A DNA stretch of 63,678 nt, counting the filler, from Octopus bimaculoides (Eukaryota): NCBI RefSeq assembly GCF_001194135.2. It is 5 parts of 5 records of this genome, joined end to end, with 100 filler letters (N's around TTAATTAATTAA, not from the genome) between each part and the next. Parts side by side here need not be neighbours in the genome. Positions count along the whole stretch, not along the records: positions 51,059 to 60,407 come from NC_068992.1; positions 60,508 to 62,484 come from NW_026304856.1; positions 62,585 to 63,678 come from NW_026374579.1; 2 more parts are not named here. The stretch is one strand, 5' to 3'. This document shows positions 51,302 through 63,582 of the stretch, piece after piece (the stretch's first letter is position 1; each line of letters opens with the position of its first letter). Position numbers and translations under genes: made by a program. The notes below the pieces were generated by a model. The model worked only from the letters and a program-made list of their open reading frames with translations, was not told the DNA's origin and ran no database searches.

Positions 51302-52272
51302 TAAACACACACACATATATTTATATTAAATGAATAAGAAATGAAGACAATATTATGTTATGTGACAACTGTTATTGGTTATTTACTATTTACTTACATA
51401 TTACTTACACAGACATTATGTAATCTAGCATAATAATAAAACAAAATATCCATTTCATTTTGTTGATCATCATGTGGAACCATGAGGTTACAATCAATTT
51501 GTGAGAGATTCATCTCAACAACAGAAGAAAGTAGCATGAGCAATGATGGTGTTTCCAACTGAATAGATTAGGTCTTAATTCATTATCAATAGTATACAAC
51601 CAATCAGCTTACTGATCCACCAAAATAATTTATAAAAGCAATTAAATCTTGGGAGAGGCATTATGCCGGTAATAAACACACGCACTGGTTCAGTCCTCTA
51701 ATAATTTATAAACAGCATTTTTTTTTTTTTTTTTGTTAAATCATTTCATTGCACTCTTGCAATTTCTTCAGTAACTTGTCTCTCCACTTCCATTTATTTT
51801 GAATGTATGATTTAGCGTTGTTTTGAAATTGTCCGGTATGAGCATGTGAGTGTGTGCACGCTTGTATGTGTGCACGCTCATAAGTGTTCATGCTTATATG
51901 TAAGCATGTGCGTCCATATGTGTGTTTGTTAAATTTCATTCATATCAGATAAGATAGAAACTTTGGACTTGGTTTTGGTTTTCTTTCTGTTATTTTCTGT
52001 TTTCTTTGTAAATGCATCCATTTTACGTTCACGTTCTGTATTTTATGTATGAACAACATCTGCAACCATGGGTAAGACATTGAAAGTAATTATCAAGTAA
52101 TCTTATAGTTATCACAGTAGTATTCACAAGGTTCAAGCAAGTAAAGGAAACATGCTAGACAGCTTATATGACATAAAAACAGACAAAGTATGTGACTATA
52201 AGTCATTATAGCTGTTCAAAATGTATTGCTTTGTCTGTTTTGATGTTGTATAAGCTGTGTAGCATGTATCCT

Positions 52273-52321
<49 letters not shown>

Positions 52322-52324
<3 letters not shown>

Positions 52325-53515
52325 GTCCCCTGATCCCTTATCTGGTGGGTGATGCAGAAACTGGGGATTGACAAGTGGTTAATAAGAGCTGTACAGGGAT
52401 GCCATTAGTAAGGTAAGGGTCAGCAATGAGTATAGTGAAGAATTCCAAGTAGAAGTAGGGGTTTACCAAAGATCAGCCCTCAGCCCCCTCTTATTCATCA
52501 TAGTCCTCATGGCAATAATAGAGAAATTCAAGACAGGCTGCCCCTGGGAGCACCTCTATGTTGATGACCTTGCGCTCATAGCTGAATCACTACCAGAACT
52601 AGACAAGAAATTTCAGGTGTGAAAGCAAGGTTTAGAATCAAAGGGCTTTAGAGTTAATGTTGCAAAAACCAAAGTCCTAGTAAGTAGGAAGGCGAACACA
52701 TCACAAACCCCTTGACGTAGATGGCCCTGCTTGATCTGTGGAAAAGGTGTTGGTAGAAACTCCATAAAATGTACCCAGGTTAAGTTATGGATGCATAAGA
52801 GGTGCAGCAACATCAAAGGAAGGTTTTTGTGTGTGGCAGATGCACAGGGGCAATAAACACCACAGATGCTCAGAAAACTGATTCCATAACAAGCCAGGGG
52901 GAGAAACTAGAAGTAGTTGATAGCTTCTGCTACCTAGGTGACCAAGTCTGTTGTGGGGTGGATGCTAAGAGAGCATTGTCACTAGAATAAGAATAGCCTG
53001 AGCAAAGTTCAGAAAGCTCCTACCTCTACTGGTGACAAAGGGCCTCTCACTCAAAGAGAAAGGTAGATTGTATGATGCACGTGTGTGAACTGCCATACTA
53101 CATGGCAGTGAAACATAGGCTGTGACTGCTGAAGACAAGCGTAGGCTCAAAAGTAACGAAGCTAGTATGATCCACTGGATGTGTAATATCAGTGTGCACA
53201 CACAACAGAGTGTAAGCACCCTGAGAGAAATGTTGGACTTAAGAAGCATCAGATGTGTGTGCAAGAGAGATGACTCTGTTGGTATGGTCATGTGCTACAT
53301 ATGGATGAGAGGAGCTGTGTGAAGAAGTGTCACTCCCTAACAGTGGAAGGAACCCATGGAAGAGGGAGACCCAGGAAAATATGGGATGAGGTGGTGAAGC
53401 ATGACCTTCAAGCGTTGGGCCTCACAGAGGTCTCCAGTCAAACCGTCCAACCCATGGTAGCATGGAAAATGGACATTAAACGATGATGATGACGATAATG
53501 ATATATATATATATA
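52322..53515 (+). mobile_element. Decayed RTE LINE (RT core to tail)
   Basis: EFQVEVGVYQRSALSPLLFIIVL...CPWEHLYVDDLALIAESL, LEVVDSFCYLGDQ, GRGRPRKIWDEVVKHDL, then tail GTTAAACGATGATG. Multiple stops and frameshifts. Confidence 0.9.
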
Positions 53516-54009
53516 TATATATATATATCAATCATCATCATCATCATCATTTAACATCCGTTGTTCATGCTGGCATAAGTTGGACAATGTGACCAGAGCT
53601 ACCAAGCTGTAGGGCTGCACCANNNNNNNNNNNNNNNNNNNNNNNNNNNNNNNNNNNNNNNNNNNNNNNNNNNNNNNNNNNNNNNNNNNNNNNNNNNNNN
53701 NNNNNNNNNNNNNNNNNNNNNNNNNNNNNNNNNNNNNNNNNNNNNNNNNNNNNNNNNNNNNNNNNNNNNNNNNNNNNNNNNNNNNNNNNNNNNNNNNNNN
53801 NNNNNNNNNNNNNNNNNNNNNNNNNNNNNNNNNNNNNNNNNNNNNNNNNNNNNNNNNNNNNNNNNNNNNNNNNNNNNNNNNNNNNNNNNNNNNNNNNNNN
53901 NNNNNNNNNNNNNNNNNNNNNNNNNNNNNNNNNNNNNNNNNNNNNNNNNNNNNNNNNNNNNNNNNNNNNNNNNNNNNNNNNNNNNNNNNNNNNNNNNNNN
54001 NNNNNNNNN

Positions 54010-54042
<33 letters not shown>

Positions 54043-54044
54043 AT

Positions 54045-54470
54045 CATCATGTAACATCTGCCTTCCATGCTGCCATTGGTTGGATGGTTTGACAGGAGCT
54101 GGCCAGGCAGAGAACTGCACCAGACATCTGTGTTTGTTTTGTCACAGTTTTTGCGGGCTGAATGCCCTTCCTAACACCAACCATCCATCAGTACTGAGTA
54201 CTTTTCACATGGCATTAGCACAGGTGAGGTCAGTTTTAGCATGTTTTTTACAGCTAGATGCCCTTCCAAACGCCAACCACCTTATAGTGTGAATTGGATG
54301 TTTTTTACATGGTACCAGAACTGGCAAGGTCACCAAGTAACTTGCAAGACAAAGATCCTATGAAAGGGAGGAAGCATTGGAGGAGGTGATCTTGTGTTAA
54401 ATGATGAAAGGTTAGAGTGTGACAGAGAGACAGAAACAGGTGTCTTGCTGTAGAGGAGGTGTATGGTTAC
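54045..54470 (-). mobile_element. RTE LINE 3' UTR/tail fragment
   Basis: Same tail motifs as at 39.3 kb. Confidence 0.7.
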
Positions 54471-55039
54471 TCATAGTATATATATATATATATATCTCAT
54501 TGTCGTTTAACATCCGCTTTCCATGCTATATATATATATATATATATATATATNNNNNNNNNNNNNNNNNNNNNNNNNNNNNNNNNNNNNNNNNNNNNNN
54601 NNNNNNNNNNNNNNNNNNNNNNNNNNNNNNNNNNNNNNNNNNNNNNNNNNNNNNNNNNNNNNNNNNNNNNNNNNNNNNNNNNNNNNNNNNNNNNNNNNNN
54701 NNNNNNNNNNNNNNNNNNNNNNNNNNNNNNNNNNNNNNNNNNNNNNNNNNNNNNNNNNNNNNNNNNNNNNNNNNNNNNNNNNNNNNNNNNNNNNNNNNNN
54801 NNNNNNNNNNNNNNNNNNNNNNNNNNNNNNNNNNNNNNNNNNNNNNNNNNNNNNNNNNNNNNNNNNNNNNNNNNNNNNNNNNNNNNNNNNNNNNNNNNNN
54901 NNNNNNNNNNNNNNNNNNNNNNNNNNNNNNNNNNNNNNNNNNNNNNNNNNNNNNNNNNNNNNNNNNNNNNNNNNNNNNNNNNNNNNNNNNNNNNNNNNNN
55001 NNNNNNNNNNNNNNNNNNNNNNNNNNNNNNNNNNNNNNN

Positions 55040-55074
<35 letters not shown>

Positions 55075-55075
<1 letters not shown>

Positions 55076-55250
55076 ATCATCATCATCACCATCATCGTTT
55101 AACGTCCGTTTTCCATGTTGGCATGGGTTGGACGGTTTGACTGGAGACTGGCTTCAATCTGATCTGGCAATGTTTCTACAGCAGGTTGCCCTTCCTAACG
55201 CCAACCATTCTGAGAGTGTAATGGCTGCTTTTTACATGCCACCGGCATGG
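55075..55250 (-). mobile_element. RTE LINE tail
   Basis: CATCGTTTAACGTCCGTTTTCCATG...GCCCTTCCTAACGCCAACC. Confidence 0.8.
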
Positions 55251-57046
55251 GAACCAAGCAGCAAAAGTAACACAAAAACTGTTTCTCAGAGTTTTACCTT
55301 CCCACTCATTAGACTATACAAGTGAGTAGACAAATGAAAGAAGGGTACTCAACACACTTATTGGGAGTTACAAGTATAAATCAAAACAGTTTGATTCAAA
55401 CTCTTTAGTACTCTGAGTTTCAAGTGTGCGCATAGTCTTCGGCTACTGAGGTTTAATTGAGAGTTCAGTTGAAGAGAGTCAGTGTTTATTGCTGGATGTT
55501 AGCCTGTGATTGGTTGAGAAAGGTCACACAGTATAGCAGTTTGATGTTGGTACTTCAGTGACAATGATTAGTTGGAAAATACCACATGGGGAACAAGAAA
55601 TTGACCACGTGGTGAACAGGAAATTGACCACATGGTGGACAGGAACTTAGTCATGTGTTTGGGGGGAAGTAGGAAGGGGCAGTAGATGTGGGAGTGTATA
55701 TGTACATGTATATACCCATATACCTGCATGTATGCATCTGTACTTATATGAGTGTGTATGTGTGCTTAGATGTATATTCACACATTCATGTGTGTGCACA
55801 CACAGATACACACACACATGAAGGCACACAAACATACACACACACACATATACACACACACAGATATACACACACATGCACACAAACACACACATGTGCA
55901 CACACCTTTATCTCCATGTACATATCCACACAAACATACACACACACGAGTGTACATGTGTACATACTTGCATATGCATGAGTGCACATGTATATGTGCA
56001 TGCAAGCATGCACTTGTATGCCCATGCACACGCATTCATGCATATGCATACGGTGAGCAGATGCATATGTGCATTCACACATGTGAATGAGCACATGCAC
56101 AAATACTTGAATGGTCATACACAAGGGGTGATGTACAAGGGATGAAAGTATGCAGGTAGACAGGCATGGAGAAGTGTTGGGGATAGGTCATTTATGGTGC
56201 TGTTCATGGGGGTTAACTTGTGACAGTAAACTTGGTGCAGGCACTTCTACGGGTAGCTGGTACTAAGGAGATATATCTGGGTTGTCAGCAGCCAGTGGCT
56301 AGGAAGGAAGGAAGGAAGGAAGGAAGGAAGGAAGGAAGGAAGGAAGGAAGGAAGGAAGGAAGGAAGGAAGGAAGGAAGGAAGGAAGGAAGGAAGGAAAGG
56401 TGGCTGGATTTGTGGATGGTTGGATGGATACATAGTTTTTCAACTCCAATATACACATACACTAATTTTTGAAGATGGTTTATGCATGTGTATATTGGAG
56501 TTGAATAATCGATGCACAACATTTCATTCTATCTCCAAAGATAAAGTAGATACCACTAGCATTACATGCACAATGCTGAATAAAACACTAGCATTTACAA
56601 GTGGCTGAATCAAAATACTATGACATCTGTCTTACAGAAAAACCTAATATCACCACCTCACTCTTTATTTTGACATGCTGAACCTTGCTCAAGTTTTCTC
56701 CAGGAATTACAAGAAAAACTTTTATGATATACAATAATTGGTCATTGATGTCAAAACTATTTGAAAGCATTAATTACTATTTAAATTATTGATGTCAACA
56801 ATGATCTGAAAGCATTAATTGCCATTTAAACAATTTGGTGATTATCAGGCAGTTTTTCATTGATAAGCATAGTTGATTGCACAAAACTTTTGGGTTCAGA
56901 TATGATACCATGATTATCTTAAATATGTCAAATATTAGATTTTACACACTTCTAGGCTATGTGCAAGAAAATAAATGAAAATATTAACATATACATGCAT
57001 ATATGGCCAGAAGACTGAGAATATTTCAAAAGCAATAAGTACTTAC

Positions 57047-57171
57047 AGGTTTTTGTTGATTAGTGATATTGAATCACTGGATAAAGTTCTGTTTCTCTTC
57101 AGGTCATTAACATTTGACCCAATTAACTTTACTTGAGAGTTTAAGTCCTGAACAAGTTGTTCTGCTTTGCC
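57047..57171 (-). CDS. Candidate internal coding exon (125 nt, phase 0 to 2), unknown protein
   Basis: Acceptor ttttctcattgcag|, donor |GTAAGT; open frame GKAEQLVQDLNSQVKLIGSNVNDLKRNRTLSSDSISLINKN; non-repetitive context. No homology recognised. Confidence 0.5.
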
Positions 57172-57759
57172 CTGCAATGAGAAAATTTAATATCAAGTTA
57201 AAAATATATGCAATTTTTGTTATAGAACATGTAAAAATATTCCCTGTTTAATTTATTGTAGCATCTATTTTGCTATTCTGCTGACAAATCAGAACAAAGT
57301 AAATAAATAAAATAGCAGGCCATTTATAATCAAAGAAAGTGAGTTGGTTCAAACAATGTGGTGAACTGACAACAAAACCTGTCTCAGATATGATAGCAGT
57401 TTTTTGAAATAATATCATAAGTTAGCAATAAACAATCCCTCAGCAGAGAGCCAAACTATGAGTGAGTTATATCTAAATGTAACAATCAGTAAAATAATTA
57501 CCAATGATATACTAAATTCAAGATGATCACAATAGGGTTTCAGTTTTTGTTTTTTGTTGAAAACAATTTCATTTTACTTAGGCAAATCAAGTGGAAAAGG
57601 TTACAGTTTATTATGTGACACTTCACTATTTTCAACTTCCTGATAAGTATAGAAGTTTATCAAGATCGGTCAATTATATCTCACTTTTATTTGGAAATGA
57701 GCTACCAAGAGAAATAAATATTGTGGTTTAGAAATGAGCTACTTTTCATTAAAACTATC

Positions 57760-58344
57760 GGATCTTTTTTAAAACGGGGGCCACATTTTTCATTAACGAA
57801 ACACTTTGAAACTTGGAACACTGGTAGAATGTGTCATATAAAACATCTTTTTCTCTTAGTCTTCTTAAAAAAAAAAAGAAATCCCAAGTTATTCCATGTT
57901 AAAGTTGTCATATTTCTGTAATTTCAACCAATCACTGACGTCCATTCAGCCGATATACATTAAGTGCCGACTACATAAACAAACGATTCTGAAACAATTC
58001 TATCGGTGATAGGGTTAGGGTTAGGGTTAGGGTAAAACAGCAAATTTAAAAAGAAAAAAGCAAATAAAACGAAGAAAAAAAAACGAAAATGAAAAAAGCA
58101 AATAAAACGAAGCTATGGCTTAATCAGCCAAAGGAGTAAATGTAAACAACTGAATACTTGTCAGTGATTGGTTGAAATTATCGAAATAAGACAATTTTTT
58201 ACATGAAATAAATTCGAATACAAAAATTTTTTTCTGTTCTATAATACAAAATAGATAAGTATACGAAGTTTGAAAGTCTTTCAGTACCAAAAACACTACG
58301 TAAAACATTAATGAAAAATGTGGCCCCCGTTTTAAAAAAGATCC
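57760..58344. mobile_element. 585-bp MITE with perfect 37-bp TIRs and 8-bp TSD (Merlin-like)
   Basis: TIR GGATCTTTTTTAAAACGGGGGCCACATTTTTCATTAA; TSD AAACTATC at 57752-59 and 58345-52; central TTAGGG repeats. Confidence 0.85.
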
Positions 58345-58422
58345 AAACTATCTTATGATATGAAAAATGATTTTACCTCCATTAAAATTTCAGGCTTCAA
58401 GCCTACATATCAATTTACTTAC

Positions 58423-58461
58423 AACATTATTTAAACAAAGATTGTTTGTACTGGCTTCCAT
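58423..58461 (-). CDS. Candidate first coding segment MEASTNNLCLNNV (within exon 58423-58486)
   Basis: Acceptor tattttcaacag|, Kozak-like acaATGG, donor |GTAAGT, phase 0 matching the 57171 exon. Confidence 0.35.
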
Positions 58462-59408
58462 TGTAGCATTTTAAAGATAAAATCCACTGTTGAAAATATA
58501 TGTAGAAATATTTTTAAAAAGTAATGTTTTTATGATATTTAATTAAAATTCCACATTTAACCTTTAATATCAAGTAACAATGTAAATTTAAATCATAACC
58601 TCTTATCTAAAATAACGTTTTTTTTTTCTACTGTGCAATGTAATTACATAAAAACTTCACTTTTTGAACATTGGCAATAAATTATCCTTAGGAGAGATGT
58701 TGATGGTAGGGAGCCAAAGCACATGGAGGATATAGGAATAAGTACAAGTGTTCAATGTACAACAGCTTATTTTAATAACATGAATTTCCATGCAATAGAA
58801 AAAGTATATCACCAATCTCTTATTCTTTCATTACTCTGTGGAGAAGAAGCAAAGCCCATGATCTTTGCAGGTCCTCCTAAACAGGAGAGTGCCTGCAAAT
58901 ATTGTTGATTTTGAAAATTCAGAGAAGAGACAGATGTAATGTATGTAGAAGAAACAGACAATAGAAACAGCATATGAGATTGAGTAGTTAGTGAATTCAT
59001 CTTTGCTGCTCAGCTAGATCTTCTTCTGGCAGCATGTGCCACAATAACATTGTCCTAGATATGTAAGTATATTCCAGGATAGGTCTTGCTTGGATTTTGT
59101 GCAGAGGAAAAATTCAAGAGGAAGCCTAGTCCAAGATGAAGTTTTGGCAATGTTTATGTGAATTCATTCAAGAATATTAGAGATGGTTTCACATCTGTAA
59201 TAAATTTGAGGGGAAATCTTTACCGTCTCTTATCCTACTAGATAATAGCAGACAAATCATTCCAAGGCTTAACAACATAATTAAACAGGTATTCTGTGTC
59301 CATGAATGATTATCACAATCTATTTGACTGTTTATAATACATTTCTTGTCAATAATACAAATCCTTTAACTAATAAGCTCCATTTTACTTCTATCTAGAA
59401 CAGGTTAA

Positions 59409-59625
59409 CCCTTTAGTATTTACACCAATCATATCTGGTCAAAATATTCTACTTGTTTTATGTTCAAACTGGCCAGATACTGCCATTCATACCTACCCTA
59501 CAAAGTCATATAAATAAGCAATCACATCATTGAAGTCTTAAAGCTGTGAAATAATGCATAATTAATTGAAAACAATGTAAATAAATAAGCATTATATGTA
59601 ACAGAGTAATCTGAATACTAAAGGT
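59409..59625. mobile_element. piggyBac-type MITE, same family as 33.9 kb, opposite orientation
   Basis: TTAA-CCCTTTAGTATT...AATACTAAAGG. Confidence 0.7.
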
Positions 59626-60084
59626 GTAAATAAGGAGCCCATAACAAACATTCATTTGTAAATCTGCAAGCATGGCTACTTGGATCAAAGTGTATTGCTT
59701 ACAAGATTTTTAAACAAATTAAAATTAAATTTGTAACCCCAAGAATTTTATTCCGATACAAACATGATCTAATTTCAAGTACCTGTCTTCTGACACAAAA
59801 TAATATGAAAATAAATAAAATTAATACCTTACCTTTCCATGCATTTGAAACTTTGTGTCACATTATCTCAGTGAACACTGGATCTAACAACTTCATCAAC
59901 AAAACTTTTTATCTCATGTACCAACCACAAATTCTCAGTATTTTGTAATTTCTATTTCTCTTTACATAATCTTTTATGTTAACATATTTGGGAAGTTTCA
60001 TTTTTTTCTATTGGACGAACTATATATAGCAACTGGTTACACTTCCTACTACTAACCATTTAAGTGAAAAGATTTTTTAAACAT

Positions 60085-60407
60085 AAGCAATTAAGAGTAT
60101 GAAGACCGGGAAAGCCCCCGGCCCATCAGGAATCACTGCAGAGATGCTCAAAATATCTGGCAGTGTTGGCTATAGCCTAGTCACCCGTATTACGAACCAG
60201 GTGATACACGAAGGAGTCATACCCTATGACTGGTGTAGCAGCATCATAGTCAACTGCTACAAAGGTAAAGGGGACGCTTTAGATACAAATAATTACAGAG
60301 GCATCAAGCTGTTAGATCAGGTTATGAAAGTTACAGAGAGGGTCATAGCCCAACTAATTAGGGAGCGAATCAATTTAGATGAGATGCAGTTTGGGTTCGT
60401 GCCAGGT
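60085..60407 (+). mobile_element. RTE LINE reverse transcriptase N-terminal part, cut by an assembly join
   Basis: MKTGKAPGPSGITAEMLK...WCSSIIVNCYKGKGDALDTNNYRGIKLL...QFGFVPG, open frame. Confidence 0.9.
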
Positions 60408-60507
60408 NNNNNNNNNNNNNNNNNNNNNNNNNNNNNNNNNNNNNNNNNNNNTTAATTAATTAANNNNNNNNNNNNNNNNNNNNNNNNNNNNNNNNNNNNN
60501 NNNNNNN
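60408..60507. other. Assembly spacer N44-TTAATTAATTAA-N44
   Basis: Identical 100-bp spacer. Confidence 0.95.
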
Positions 60508-60934
60508 TCTCTCTCTCTCTCTCTCTCACTATCACTCTCTCTCCCTCTCTCTCTCTCTCACTGACATGACCAAGTGGTTCACAAGTTCACTTCCCAATCA
60601 CAAAGTTCTGCTTTCTTGGGTCCTTTGCCGTGACATTGGATCAATCCATTCTTTGTGAGTGAAATTGGCAAGACAGAAACTGTGTAGAAGCCCATTCGAC
60701 GGACTCTACCTGTAAATCTCTCTGGAGATTATGTTAAGGACACAAGTGGTTGTGGAGTACTCAGCCACTTAGACGTAAATTACGTAATTAGTTTGGCTGA
60801 TCACGTAATTGGAGTATTGATTGTTTACGACTGAGGGATATCCATTTAGTTTTATACATACATGTAAATATACATTTGTGTACGTATAAATACATACCTA
60901 TATCTATATGCATATATACATGTGTGTATGTGTA

Positions 60935-60968
<34 letters not shown>

Positions 60969-61012
60969 CACATGTGTATGTATATATATATATATATACA
61001 TGTGCGTGTGTG

Positions 61013-61047
<35 letters not shown>

Positions 61048-61421
61048 GTATATATACATACATGTACATATACCTACACATGCTCCGATTTGATTCCCAT
61101 TACCTGTGTGTGTGTACCCGCGCGCGCGTCTGGATTGAATGTAGGACATGCAAGTTGTAGTCTCAGCTGAGTGGGTGGGTTCGGCTTCTGATCAGCATCA
61201 TACTAGCTTCTTCTTTAACTAAACAATGAAATGACATTGATCTGTGTGGATTTTAAGCTGGCTTCTGTGTAACATCTGGGGATGTGTGAATGCTTAATGT
61301 TTGGCGGCCGAGCTCGGGTTTATGCGCATCACTCTGGCTGGTAAGGATGGGACAGAGAGAGAGAGAGACACAGGCAGATAGATAGGTAGGTAGGTAGGTA
61401 GGTAGATAGGTAGACAGACAA

Positions 61422-61455
<34 letters not shown>

Positions 61456-62179
61456 NNNNNNNNNNNNNNNNNNNNNNNNNNNNNNNNNNNNNNNNNNNNN
61501 NNNNNNNNNNNNNNNNNNNNNNNNNNNNNNNNNNNNNNNNNNNNNNNNNNNNNNNNNNNNNNNNNNNNNNNNNNNNNNNNNNNNNNNNNNNNNNNNNNNN
61601 NNNNNNNNNNNNNNNNNNNNNNNNNNNNNNNNNNNNNNNNNNNNNNNNNNNNNNNNNNNNNNNNNNNNNNNNNNNNNNNNNNNNNNNNNNNNNNNNNNNN
61701 NNNNNNNNNNNNNNNNNNNNNNNNNNNNNNNNNNNNNNNNNNNNNNNNNNNNNNNNNNNNNNNNNNNNNNNNNNNNNNNNNNNNNNNNNNNNNNNNNNNN
61801 NNNNNNNNNNNNNNNNNNNNNNNNNNNNNNNNNNNNNNNNNNNNNNNNNNNNNNNNNNNNNNNNNNNNNNNNNNNNNNNNNNNNNNNNNNNNNNNNNNNN
61901 NNNNNNNNNNNNNNNNNNNNNNNNNNNNNNNNNNNNNNNNNNNNNNNNNNNNNNNNNNNNNNNNNNNNNNNNNNNNGCGGTGGTGGTGGTGTTTGGTTTA
62001 CAATTGTTTCCAGCAAGCTACATCCTGTCATCGGTATTGGAGACGGGGAGGGGGTTTGTGGGGGGAGGAGAAGGAGGTGGAGGAGAGGTGCGCGCAAGCG
62101 TGTGAGAAGCCACAGATGTCTGCTTGTCCCACCAAACTCACTCACTCAACCACTGCCTCTTCCCCCTCCCCCTCTCTCA

Positions 62180-62219
<40 letters not shown>

Positions 62220-62484
62220 CGTCACACTCTTTCACAAACCTCCCCGTCTCTCATGTATGCAGGTATGTATAAACGTCTGTATGTATGTAGATACGCATGT
62301 ACGTACGTTTGTGTGTGTGTTTGTATATGTATATATATATGTATAGGTGTGTGAGTAGACAAACATATGCACACACACACATCAAATAACATTTATCTCT
62401 CATTCGATGGAGTGCTCCTGTATTGGATCCCATCAATAAAGAAACAGTACACATACACAGTATGCATATATATATATATATATA

Positions 62485-62584
62485 NNNNNNNNNNNNNNNN
62501 NNNNNNNNNNNNNNNNNNNNNNNNNNNNTTAATTAATTAANNNNNNNNNNNNNNNNNNNNNNNNNNNNNNNNNNNNNNNNNNNN
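62485..62584. other. Assembly spacer N44-TTAATTAATTAA-N44
   Basis: Identical 100-bp spacer. Confidence 0.95.
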
Positions 62585-62754
62585 ATTGTAATATTGAAAG
62601 TGTAAGAGGTTTGCAACCTCATAAGTGTTTTTTAAAGGAAAAAAATAGAACAATGTTTTCGAGGGATTATCAGTCGGCGGGCGCTGGTGCCTCTCTCATT
62701 ATTAGTTTCATCCTTATCACCCTCATCTCATTAATGTCCATGTCCAGCCCGCAG

Positions 62755-63582
62755 TTTTTTTGGGGTGAGGCTTTGGAGACAATTGGAAGATGTATAAGCA
62801 GATAGATAGATAGACAGGCAGATAGAGAGATAGAGAGATAGTCTGATAGTCAGACAGATAGAGAGATGGATGTGGTAAAAGAGAGAGAGAAGGGCCATTA
62901 TATTGAAATGGTCTTTTTAAGGAGTGTCAATAAGAAAAAAAAAGAGTTAAAAGCTTGTTTACTGCTTACTGTATTGTTTTGAGAGTGTTTCTAGGGATGG
63001 TAGAAGAAGGAAGAAAAGAAGAACGGAAGAAGAGAGAAGAAGAAAAAGAGAATAATGAATAGAAAATATAAAGAAAACAAAAAATGTCTTCCTGTTTTTT
63101 TCTTTTTTGCTTTTAGTTCTTTCCTTTTATATTCTTTTCCTTTCTTTTTATATACACTTTAAGTCCTATTTAGAGTATATTCCTGTCATACATTCATTTA
63201 TTTATTTATTTTTTGTAAGGTGTAGTGCTGCATGAGAGTATATTAGTATATTATTTGTAAATTTGAAAAATTGAATTAGTAAAATCAATTAGTAAAAATA
63301 ACTATATATATATATATCATATCACACATATATACATATATATACATACAAAACGTATTCCTTGTTTTTCTTTTTTCTCTTTCAGGCATTTAACTTTGGG
63401 GAAATTTTTTTTATGAAGAGTAGTTCCATTGCCTTTCGGTATTGTGGATCGTCCCGTGTACATTTATAAAATCTCTCTATCTGTCTGACTATCAGACTAT
63501 CTATCTATCTCTCTATCTGCCTGTCTATCTATCTATCTGCTTATACATCTTCCATTGTCTCCAAAGCCTCACCCCCAAAAAA
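62755..63582. repeat. Inverted repeat, ~112-bp arms (62755-62867 and 63471-63582)
   Basis: TTTTTGGGGTGAGGCTTTGGAGACAA...GTCAGACAGATAGAGAGAT versus its near-identical reverse complement. Confidence 0.9.

Noticed and set aside
58011-58033. True telomere or fusion site
   Set aside because: Only about 4 units, internal to a MITE.
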